This document shows positions 1 through 11,700 of a stretch of DNA of 64,000 nucleotides, in pieces. The notes under the pieces were generated by a model that worked only from the letters and a program-made list of their open reading frames with translations, ran no database searches and was not told the origin of the DNA. The first letter of the stretch is position 1. Every line of letters begins with the position of its first letter. The stretch is from positions 2,875,172 through 2,939,171 of the forward strand of contig NW_002060945.1 of assembly GCF_000150275.1 (NCBI RefSeq), written 5' to 3'. This DNA is from Trichoplax adhaerens. Taxonomy: Eukaryota; Animalia; Placozoa. The position numbers and the translations under genes are program-made.

Positions 1-549
1 GTATAACATTTAATCCAGCATTGTACTGTACAATAGATCATCCAATAATTATAATAAATGCATACTGTATATAATAATTTAATTTTTATAAGCTCAACGG
101 CAATAACAACACATTCTAGCCATCATTCTATTAGGTTATAATTTAACACTGTTATGAACCAATATACTCACAAGAAGCAACGCCATAAAGTATGGCGAGT
201 GCCATATGTACGGTACATACTGTATCCTTCCTTTATAAACCACTATTACTGTATTTATTTATCCTAGTATTGATGCATAAGCTCTAACCTGGCCTTTGAC
301 TTGATTTTTTACTTTTTCTCACACTAAATGCCATGATCCTGCAATTATTCCAATACGCATTGAATTAACTAAATATCAATATATTCTTTTGATTTCTGCC
401 ATAGTAAATTATTTCCCCGATGGTTGACAATCACATTTCCGATATGAACATCTCTATCTACTAGGTTTTATTCTCGTTGTTAGCAAGCAAACGTGACCAG
501 ATATCCTGTATATCTTGTCCTATTCACTCTACCATGTTAAATCGTTATC

Positions 550-1330
550 AAAGCAGTATTGCAACTTGGAAACAACAACTCAGGTGCGTAAGTGTGTAGA
601 TAATAAAATAAACTCTATTTGGGGCGAAAGAAGGAGTCAAAACTAGAGTAAATAAGCTAGTATCCATTTCTATGCCATGTAAATTAACGCTGTATTATGT
701 AGCTTGTTAACAATGAAAATGGCCATAAAAAGACAATTGCAGGAATTTTGAATAAAACGTTGCTGTATTGTGTAAGGACTTTTTTAGGATCAAGTTGGGA
801 ATATCCGCTTCATTTTAGGTAGTAAACATGGCTGCAAGTTGTTGTTACAATTATATTATCATGATTTCTACTATCGATAGTTATTGTATCTACAAGATAG
901 GAAAAAGTAGCAGCAAGCAGCACAAACACAAGGAAGATGTCCGTTGTGTATTCTCTTTTATTGATATACGCGTATACTGTATGGAAAGAATCGATGATTG
1001 CATAAAGTGTATTTTTGTAATCACCAACAGAAAAATTGACGATCTCATCCAGTGTAGAATAAAACTACCGACCAAGGCTAAATTGATATGATCGTCTTGA
1101 TACAAGTTGATCAAAAATGGAATCATGACGAATTCAAACATCAAGAATTATTATTCTACGCGTACATATACGACTACTTGTATGATACAATCAAGAGTTT
1201 CAATATCGAACAAAGTCTAGTTTCGTTTGATATCGTTGCAATTCTAGCAAGAATCATACTAGTACAAGATATTATGTATACAATTAGGCAAGAATCCTCC
1301 TTCAAATTACACTGCTACGTCGGATGATAG
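550..1330 (-). pseudogene. Decayed rhodopsin-class GPCR-like pseudogene (frameshifts and stops; boundaries approximate)
   Basis: Minus-strand fragments in different frames read SIFLLVITKIH / LYAIIDSFH (TM3/DRY-like), DIFLVFVLLAATFSYLV (TM4-like), KIPAIVFLWPFSLLTSY and FTLVLTPSFAPNRVYFIIYTL (TM7 NPxxY-like), in the expected order. Recognised by eye only. Confidence 0.4.
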
Positions 1331-2550
1331 ATTAAACCTACTGTAACACTCGCCATTTCTACGCTATCGTACAAGACTGTCCAAAATCAACGCTATAAGC
1401 TGCTACTCAAGTCCTATTTAGGTCATGTACTGTACATGACTTCAAAAGGAGTTGAGTAGGTTAGTCATTCATCCATCTAAGTTAATACACCCTTGTGGAT
1501 TGGGCTTTCTCACCACTACCATTTGCAAGACTCACCTGGGTAATTGATGATCTTTGTCCCTCTCGTCTACAGCACCCTAAAATATTACTCCTAATGGCAG
1601 CACTGCAATTCTTCAACTCTCTCCTAATGTAATTCAACCATTAGAAAAATGTTGTTCAATGTGTCTCATTGAAAAGAAGCAGCCTTACTGGAATGAATTT
1701 GCTCTCAATTGCTCATCCACGATCGACGATAGGCCTCAAAGGTGCAATGCATGCAAGTAGAAGGAAGAAAAACAACAACTTTTTGAAAAGCTTAGGTCGA
1801 TCCTGTAGACCTGTACTGTAGATGGTCACTACTAGCCACTACCGGTGTTGAACGGGATACTTGTATAATGTTTACACTAGAAAGAGCCAGAGGTATACAC
1901 ATGCGCAGTCAAAGTATTTCTTGCATCTCGTACGAAATTGTACGGTACAGTACAGAGTCTGATTATTTTGGATGGCACCCTGATAAGATAGATTTATTAT
2001 GTACAGTACGGCCCAAACGAGATCAATTCTTACGTTAGATAGAAATATTGTACAGGAATTTCAACGGAATACTACTTTGATTGATTTTTGAAAGTAGGGG
2101 TGACATCGAAAATAATCATACTGTACACTCAGTGTACAGTAACATCGTGAACTTTATGGTTGGCTTCAAGGAACAGTATGACAAAGTTAAAAGGAAAACC
2201 TGGACAGCAACGCAGACGAAAAACCCTACCTGTTAGCTATCGAAAGTAGTCCCAAAATATCCCAAAATACAGAATTAGTATGGACATCTTGCGCCTACTT
2301 TTTGGGCAGCACAGTACTCATTTGAACTCTTTGATGATATTCTATGACTCATTTAAGGTATCATTTAATGGAAGTTGATCAACGAAAACTGGTTTCAACG
2401 CTGCTGATCGTATAAACTGTATTGTTTCCATACGGCAACAATAAGTCGAAGAGCAATTGCGATAGCGGCTGCGCGAATGAAAGGGTGAATAAAAAGAGAA
2501 CTGGGCAGAATTTTGTCAATCTACAGTATTCATACTGTAGCGTTAAGCTG

Positions 2551-2690
2551 AACTGTACAGTACAGTACAGTACATACAGTATAGTACAGTACAGTATGAG
2601 TGTACTGTACACTGTACAGTACTGTACAGTACTGTACTGAACTAGGGACTACAGGATGATCACTGTACAGTACTGTACACTGTACAGTGC
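2551..2690. repeat. Low-complexity palindromic (ACTGT/ACAGT)n tract
   Basis: Many concatenated ACTGTACAGT / TACAG / TACTG units; ACTGTACAGT is self-complementary. Explains the spurious ORFs 2379-2612 and 2422-2640. Confidence 0.85.
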
Positions 2691-2891
2691 TCTAGAATTG
2701 CCAGTCCCGATTAGGGTGCACTGCGCAGTGTCAGTTGGTGGGGACACTAGTGGTACTGTGCGGTACAGTACTCAGTAATACAGCAGGATGTAATTTGTGC
2801 AGGTGCTGGTGTCCAGTACTACAGATTTCAACCAACGCTGAATATTAATGAGATGGAAAGCAAATTATCAACTGGAGCAAATCGCATCCAG

Positions 2892-3102
2892 TTGACCCTA
2901 GTGACGTAGCAAGATAGGACTGACACCAGTGGTGTGACTACCGTACTATCGCTCACCTCAAGAGTTAAGACGTCAAGTCCCCAACGACATCTATCCTAGC
3001 TTTGACCCTAGTGACGTAGCAAGATAGGACTGACACCAGTGGTGTGACTACAGTACTATCCCTCACCTCAAGAGTCTAGACAACGACATCTATCCTAGCT
3101 TT
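2892..3102 (+). repeat. Tandem duplication of an approximately 110-bp unit (2 copies) upstream of TMEM9
   Basis: TTGACCCTAGTGACGTAGCAAGATAGGACTGACACCAGTGGTGTGACTA... starts at 2892 and again at 3002. Copy 2 has a few substitutions and an approximately 11-bp deletion; both end CAACGACATCTATCCTAGCTTT. Confidence 0.95.
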
Positions 3103-3346
3103 CCTATTTTACTTGATGGGGGCGATTTGGGCCCAAAAAGTCTTTCAAAAAGAGGCCTAGTTTATTATTGTATAGCTGTAATCCACTAGAATTATCCAAC
3201 ATACTTTGACTTGATTGACTTTCTCTTTGATTTCCTCTGTGCAACTCTGAAATCCTGCTCTACTGTACAATAAGTGTACATGGAAGCTTGCAAATTCCTA
3301 TTGTAATTCCACTAGGTCAACTGGTGACGTGACACGCTGATCCAAA

Positions 3347-5743
3347 ATGAATTACGCCTTTCTCTTCTGCTTGATAGCGTTGCTCATCAAATTAAGCGCT
3401 GTGAGTTTAATCATGTCATAATTAGAAATGAATCATTTACAGTTACAAAGCTTAAAACTAAACTGATCGATTGCATCTTGGTTACGCTATGGATGCTATT
3501 ACAATACTTATTAGTCGAGATGCTATGATATGTCACAACGATGAACATGTTGAAATGTTGTTAGAGTTAGACGCATAGTCTATAAAGTAGCGATAGACAC
3601 AAATCAATATTGACTGCTATGGTAAAAGATCAACTACAATATCATACCCACATTGTACAACCAAAGCAAATTAGAATTTATAGACTCTACATTAACAAAT
3701 AGGACCATCTACGACATTCATAGTTTGTTCTCAATACTAAGGCGTAAGATAATAGACTAATACACTTTGCTTGAATTTCAATCATTCCATAGGGTCAATT
3801 TAGCAATTCACGATGTATATGCGTATGTCCTAAAGATACCGAGTACACCAAGATTAGAAATGTATTTATTAAAGTGGTGGAATCCACTCAAAATTGGTAA
3901 ATTCATGGTGATATCTTTGCTGTTGCAATACGTTTTCATGTATAATATCATCCAAATGATACTGCTTTATAAAGTCAGCCACAAGATAGAATGATAAACG
4001 TAAAATGTCTTCAAACTCCTACTTCCGGTCTCATCCAAGGATCGCAACGTGTAAAATAGTTACTGTTATTGTGCGAAGACACATCCGTGCCTAAAGATAC
4101 AGTGATGTTATTACATACCGATACTGTTAGTAATTCTTATACAGTTTGCAAGCGTACCACTTGAACTGATTCTAGAATTAGTGTTAACGCCACTGGGTAC
4201 TGTAAGTAAATGGCATTGATTCCTTGTAATTACTTGGATATGAGATTGACTTCAAGCTATAGCCGCAAAATGGAACGATTATTTGTATCTAGTCAAGAAC
4301 TATTCACAAAAGTCATTACTGCTAACTGATTAAACGATAAAATATCTAGGTCTTCATCAATAATTATCATTGATACTTCATATAGAATTGTTTGATATCA
4401 TGCCTCTTACTCAAAAGGATGAAGTACTGTGTAAAGAACCACTTTATCCTACATTTCTGATATATACAAAATCGCTTTCAATATAGCACCTGCTCCAAGG
4501 CTGTCGGACTACCAGATATATTTTGCCTACGTTGCCAGTGTAAATTTCAAACTCGCAATATGGGTATCAATCAGGTAAATTGTTAGAATAGCTAAAATGC
4601 TCTGCCAGCTGGGTATGATTATACAGCATACTAGCCTGGTAACATAGCGAATGTAATGACAGATATAGTAAGTTAAAAACACACTATGAAATTAAAACAT
4701 AAAAATATTGTACCTCTTGGAATATCTTTATCACATTTTTCTCAACGTTGCGGTTCAATACTTTTACAGGGCGTTGTTATTTTCGTCTTGGTCGTATTAG
4801 CATTGCTGCTATTGTATCTAACGTATTCAATTTATGAAAAGTACGCAAGGAAAGAACTTCCAAGAAATAGCCAGATGCAGGTAAATTATCAATAGTGCTA
4901 ATTGTTAGTTCTAAAGTGACAGCATATTTCCATCTCGACCAGTAACCCCTATATAACTAATTGAAAACTGTCATGATAAGAAAACGATCATGATTTGACT
5001 ACTCAATACTATAGCAAATGGCGTGATTAAAATAGGGACACCCTAGTTGAAAATTGGAATAGATGAAACTTTCTTAAATACACGTATTTCGTTTCAGTAG
5101 TTGGCCATCATTAATCTTACTCTTCATCTTAATACAAGTGTTAAGACTCTAATAAGCTAGTAAACCTTACTATTAAAATAAACTACAGCCCTTTTGATAG
5201 TCGTGATTTAAAATTTATTTTTTACCGACACTGAAATTGCGTTTAGAGCCAGTCACATAGGCATATCCCATTAGGCGCATTAAAATTTTAATAGAATTTT
5301 ATATATAAGCATTCTAAAGTATCCACTCTATGGCTCATGCCGCAATGGTGCTTGTATTTACAATGAGAAACTACCTACCATTGTTACTAAGTAGGCGTTT
5401 GCAGGAGTTTGTAAAATACGTACAGATTATAGAAATATTCGTAACTAGAATAATTACAATCAGTAATAAATATCCTCGAATTTGTATATCTAAATTTTAG
5501 CTAGACAACTGATTAAATACGCTTGATGACTTACACTCCAATGTCTTTGAAAATGGATCTTGTAACGGAATTTTCTTATCACCAGCCGACATTAACATCA
5601 CTAATTATATTTCTCTATAGAATCAACAAAATTTGAATACCGAATCCATTTCCAATCGAATTATAAGATTTCGCACCAACTGGAAAAAGCAACTTACTGA
5701 ACAGCAAAATAATATTTACGTTCGTCATAATATGTTATCGTAA
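3347..5743 (+). CDS. TMEM9: TMEM9/TMEM9B family lysosomal single-pass membrane protein, 5 coding exons, 159 aa
   Basis: Exons 3347-3400, 3793-3896, 4487-4574, 4770-4880, 5621-5743; all introns GT-AG and phase-compatible (0,2,0,0). Translation: MNYAFLFCLIALLIKLSA|GQFSNSRCICVCPKDTEYTKIRNVFIKVVESTQNC|TCSKAVGLPDIFCLRCQCKFQTRNMGINQ|GVVIFVLVVLALLLLYLTYSIYEKYARKELPRNSQMQ|NQQNLNTESISNRIIRFRTNWKKQLTEQQNNIYVRHNMLS*. It has the signal peptide, RCxCxCP, CxC, CLxCxCxY/F, TM helix and WKxQxxEQ...RHxMLS C-terminus of TMEM9. AATAAA at 5799 and 5819. Confidence 0.95.
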
Positions 5744-8700
5744 TTTTGAGCTGCATACTAATATTTAGGAATGATGCGATAGCAAAATACTACATTTTAA
5801 TAAATGCTCTACAGCTAAAATAAATCAATTCTCTGATAGCAGTCTGCATTGATTTATCCCACAAATATCATTATCTGTTTTAAGTTCTGGAATGTTTCAT
5901 CATGTAGATTAGGAATACTTTGTTGAAGCTTCAATTTTGTTCAAAATTTAGTCCACTTCAACAGCAATCTCAGCCAAGATTAATCTAGATTATTTCTATG
6001 CTATTTAAATGTCTAAGTAGATACTATCAATTCTTTATCTGAAGTAATACAATGTCTCCAGTGTTGAAGTTACTGCAGATTGCGGCAATTCGATAGGACG
6101 CGGTATCATAGACTTGTCAGACCTGACCGTTACACCGAATGACTCTATTTTCATAGTCTATAATGAGAAATTCTACCGCAGAATCTTTGATTTATACTTA
6201 TTCTGAGACGTGTACTTGCAACATATCACAGAACGAAATGCATGTACTGTCAATTTAATTAATTAATTATGAGAAAATACGTCACTTAAGTAATTACATA
6301 CTATAAAGAGACCTCCAATTTCAGTGGTGCCCAATTATAGCATAGCTAAGACTATTATTATTTAATGGGTTACTATTTATTGTATTATATTTTGAACTGC
6401 AATCATGGTCCAAAATAAATGAGCTAGAAATATTAAAATTTGAGAATAACAAGCCGATTCGAATTGGCATAGAAGCAATGCTGTAATGATTTAGCTAATT
6501 GCAGCAGTTATGTAGTAGGGTTAAGAAATCATGCACTAGAAAGGCTGATCATTGATCAACAACATGGGATGGTCTATCAACTTCCATGTTAAAAGTGAAA
6601 AGAACGTACAAAGTGCGTACTAAACAGACTGACTGATTGGCATCCGTGTTCCTTGGTAGGTTCTTTAGCGTCATTTATATCTCCAAGTTTACCGTAGCTA
6701 AAATCATACCTATTATTCATGCAAGATTTTGCTTCACCAAGCTTTTCCATTATTCATAAAATATCATTAGCACTCAATACATAAAGAACAAATTTGTTGG
6801 TGAATCACTATCGTAGTTATCTAGATTTTAAAATACGATCTTACTGAGACTTATTGCAACGTTTACGTTGATTTATCGTATCACAATAATGTATAATGCT
6901 GAGAAAGGAGCAGCACACCGCATTTGAAAAAAACTGAAGCTGTATGGAATTTCAATAAAATTTGTGCATCCGGTAGCCTATCGCAGTATACTGAAAACAA
7001 GCATAAACAAAATGAAAGAAAGTTATACCTTATGCAATAATGTGTTGGAAGCTGTAAAAGAATGATATACTGTACGAGTAAAATCACAAATTGTACATCC
7101 ACTCAAAGTAGAACTTTTTATCTAAAATAATTTTTTATTAAAGCGTTTAAGTAGAAATGATCGAAAAATATAAAAGCAAACTATATAATGAATAAATTAC
7201 AAACTAGTCATTGCCCAGACGTTTCTAAGGCAGAATTTTGTGAGCAATTTAAAAAACCGTTAATTAATAGAATAAATGTGCTATAACTACGAGTGCCCGA
7301 GTATTGCACGTCATTGTACAAAAACGTAAAGAAAATAAACACCCGATCGTCACGCATACATCCGTGAGCAAATTTTTAAGCTACGAAACAGCCAATTGTA
7401 ACTATCTCAATATAACGATGAATCTGTTAACAAATCGATAAAGAAACCTGTCTCAATAATTATTTTTAATTTATTATCAAGTTATTAAATTTAGGTATCA
7501 TGAATATTAATATGTGATCAATTACGTCCGTTAAAATAAAATAAAACAGTTAAAATTACGGGTAAAACGAAATAAATAAACCATGAAAGAATTAATGGGT
7601 AACTATGATTTTAACTAGCTAGCATCATTAAATTCCTAAGTTGATAAATGATGATAATTTTCATCTAAATTCATCAGAAATTTGGAAATATTTGTAGGAT
7701 CTCAATGTTATTGGCAACAAACATGGTAAAGATGATCATCACGTAATCAAAGTATCTGCCAGATAGTTGTCAACTACTGAGATTAAAACGTAGAACAAAA
7801 TTTAGACTATTCCTATTAGACTATTAGGCTATTCCTACTCATTAAAAAAATTCAAAACAGCTATTTAAACTTACGAGATGCTCGTATTTAAAGTCTACTG
7901 ATGTAAATTTTTTTTGTCCTAAACAATCAAGATTATATATTACCTTCAATAGACCAAAATATATACAGTATAAAGGTCGATCGATTTGAGATAAAATAAG
8001 ACACTATGTTTAAGACAATATTTAAGGGCCTGATTCTCTTAGCAAGCATTTACTATTGCTAGATAGTTTATTGTATTTTCAGGCTTACAGTATGATTATA
8101 TCTGAATCTTAAATAGACAAGTTTATCGTTTTCAATTTAAGATTCAATTTCATCATACCTTCGATTTTTTCAATGAATAGTTAAATGTATATAATTCGCA
8201 TAAATGTCTAATAAAATGTATCTTCAACACGAAATAAATACATTTTATTATCTCAATCATTACTATATACAAAAAATCGAAACTTACGACAATTGTGAGA
8301 GAATTGCATTTAGTAATATTTTTAACCTTGATCATATTAGCTAAATTTATAAAAAATTTGGGATACCTTTACCGCTTCACTACTTGAATTTTTACGTATA
8401 GCATCATGATCTCAATCATCCATGTACGCGTATTCATTAACACAACTATTAAAGAGTGTAGAAAGGTGTCCGTAAATATGTACATTATGATAGGGGAAAT
8501 CCTGTCGATTACGGATTGTCCCCAGATAGTGTGACGTGTAAGTCTAAATATCATGATTACGATTAGCAATAAACATAAAAAGTGACTACTATTTGAATAT
8601 AGGTGCTAAGTTTAATTAGCAGCTTTCGCATGCTCAGCTAGAGACAATTAGTAGGTCCGGAAGTCGGAGCGAGAATCGGGAATCGACGTTAAATATTAGT

Positions 8701-11700
8701 CTACCTGCCTATGGATATCGTAATATCTAAGAGACCGGGGAGGCCATACAAAGCTAATATTTAGAATGCTATAGTAAAGCTAGTAGAACATAGACTTGTT
8801 TACAAGCAAAGAATTGATAGCGGTCTTCTTTTATTCCTGAGTCCAATCTTTAATTGGACAAATACTGTTAAACTGTAGTCAAATGCATTTTTTTTAAATA
8901 AAGGTATTTTTCTTATACTCTTGACGAGTTTATTGACTGTATCAAACTAAAGAGTTGAACTATCGTATAGTAAATTACTGCATATAGGTACCACGTTACA
9001 AAGAGCATCTGTTTATTCATTATCAAATTGTAGGTTTGCAAGATATTTAATTACACTGAAGCGCTAAAATTTACCTGTTGATGTTAAAGCTTGAGAATTA
9101 ATGATTTGTTTGCGTAAGACAAACTGAAGTATAATAGCTACCATACACAACAACTGCTTTTTATTGAATTATGCGTGCCTGTATCGTAGAATTTGCATTA
9201 GATGCTAGTAATAGTACGAGATAAATTGCTCAAGTAGAAAATTTCATTATCCTAACAAATCTAAGTAGATAAAAAAATAATTGAAATACAATGTATTATA
9301 AGAGGACAAAACATAATTTGTATTTTTTAGGATACTCGAATGATTGATGTTTGCTTACAGTCAATCGAAAATCATGCTGTATAATTATTATTTTGATAAC
9401 GAAGTAATAGACCAACATCTATTTCTTATGCATTTATTTATATTAGCAAGTATTAAATCATGATAAAAGTGAGGTATTTAATTGATAAAATAGTCAATCA
9501 ACGTAAGATAAAATATTCTATATGTGTGCCTTTATGCGATATATTGAGGAACAATATTTACTTATACCCTAATTAATGATGGGGTACTCTTTGGTTTCCA
9601 CAAACACGAACAGCTGCCTGTCTGATATTTTTCTGACGCCAATTTAATGTGCATGCAACGGTAAGGAAATAGAACGTTAAAGATGGAAATCATTTCGTTC
9701 TCTAACATCCATAATTTCTACTAAAATTGGCTACCTTTATCTATTCATTCATCCATCAATCAATCATTAGTAATTAGTAAATCCACGGTTAAAATCATAA
9801 TACAAACACTTCCTTAACGTAATCAATAACGCTGAAGCGAAAATTAGATGACTGAATCAATAATAATATTTAAAATTAATTAGATTCATAAGAGTTTAAA
9901 GCTTATCTTTTGTCGACTACTTGTGAAGAGGAAATCATAGCTAGTTCTATTTCAGTTAACATGTCTCATTTTCAGAATATTAGTCCACAAAATACTATAC
10001 AATGCGCGTACTTATTAAGGAACCTATACAGTACTATTTTATAAGTCCAATAGTCAAAATTCGAAGCTGCTAACAATGTATATTCATTAAAGACTGCCTA
10101 ATGGTCTTGATAATTGTCAGATTAATACCATATCAAATTGCATATTGCCATTTCAACAAGCACCATACTACCACTTTGTACATAAATATAATAAGCAGGA
10201 TTGCATCAGATGCAATTAAAAACAGTGACTTAGAATCAAATTGAAACAGGTCAAAATTTTAACATAAACAGTACGGTACACAACAACGGAAGACTTTTAT
10301 TGTCTAGCTCTAACTTAGATGAGCGTATTTCAAGTAGCACGTTCACGCCCTTTTACTAAAAGTTTCTAAGAGCAAATCGAATCAAACTTGTGCTAATTAG
10401 CCAATATATTGTACGATGATTTTTATAATTAATGGAACGTGTATTTTTGAAGTTAATTAATGAAAGCTTTTTCTAACACCTAATTAAATTATATGTCTAT
10501 AACACAACATATTTTGATCAACTCCATTTTACTCTTGCTTGCTAATTAAAACCATATGCACATTTGTATTTCGCAGTCTCAATTATCTGATATTTCACGC
10601 CTTTCAGATGCTAACGACTTCTTAACGATGAAATCTAGACTACAGATTTAACCGCTTAATTAGGCCGATTTACATAATGTAAAAGACGATATTATTTACT
10701 TAGCTATGCTAATTAATATCACTACGTATAGAAATTATTCTATTTATAGATGTTTTCACCATATTAAAACAAAGAATATTGTGTAAATTAATCAAGCAAG
10801 AAATACAATAGATAATATCACTCAATCTGTCTTTAAATTAATTAACCGTATTTAATCAAGATAAACTACAAGTAAAATGCTTGCTATATCCTATATAGCA
10901 GATTAATATTCTAATATGTATGCGAAAAGAAGTGTTACTTTACATTTATATTTAGTACATAATACATTCACAATTCATTACTATGTATGATTATTTGCGT
11001 CTTCAATGTTTTTTGTTGAGACTTTTCGATTAAATGAAAAAGTATAATCTAGGAATTTTCAGTTATTAGAAATATTAAACTAAATTCAAGTATTGGAACA
11101 TTGTAAGCTACAAATATTCCCAGCTTCAATAGCTACAGAATTTGCTTTTAATAATTGAATGCCAGTGTGATATACCTAGTCATCAAATATACATCGCTTT
11201 GATACTTTCGTCTACTTTATATTATCACTTTTTTTCCTCATTCTCTTCCAAATCTAAACATTTAAATGACCGTGAGTACCAGCAAACAGGCATTTCACTG
11301 ACAAGATTTGTACTGTTATCATCGGCTCTACGAGTATTTCAACTAATACTGTCCAATCTCGAATACATAACATCGCTTTATTTTTGTATGTCATATCTAC
11401 CGAACAAAAACTGAATTTCACGGTTTATATGCCACCTTAACCTTATGTTTTTAATTAATGTCTGGTCACTTAGTTTACTTAATTACTAATTATCAGTTGT
11501 CATCAGTATTAATGCTACGAACAGCCTTAACTCAATCGTGGCAGTATAAATGATATAATAGGAATCACAACGCAGTGTAGACTCTACTTAATTTAATATC
11601 AGCCAATCTCGCATGCTTAGTCGAGCATTTCCTCCATATATCTCAACGACTCAGATTCTGCTATCATACTTAATACACTACAGTAGCCTTATGCTTCTAA

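Noticed and set aside
1580-1760. Cys-rich + strand open frame (CCSMC...RCNACK)
   Set aside because: Short, with no start codon or compatible splice partners and no recognisable family.
2379-2640. ORFs 2379-2612 (-) and 2422-2640 (+)
   Set aside because: Translations of the ACTGT/ACAGT simple repeat.
2892-3102. CRISPR-like array
   Set aside because: Eukaryotic locus; two adjacent long copies with no unique spacers and no cas genes.
3767-4895. ORFs 3767-3994 and 4686-4895 as standalone genes
   Set aside because: They overlap TMEM9 exons: the first is the wrong frame of exon 2, the second is exon 4 plus intron.
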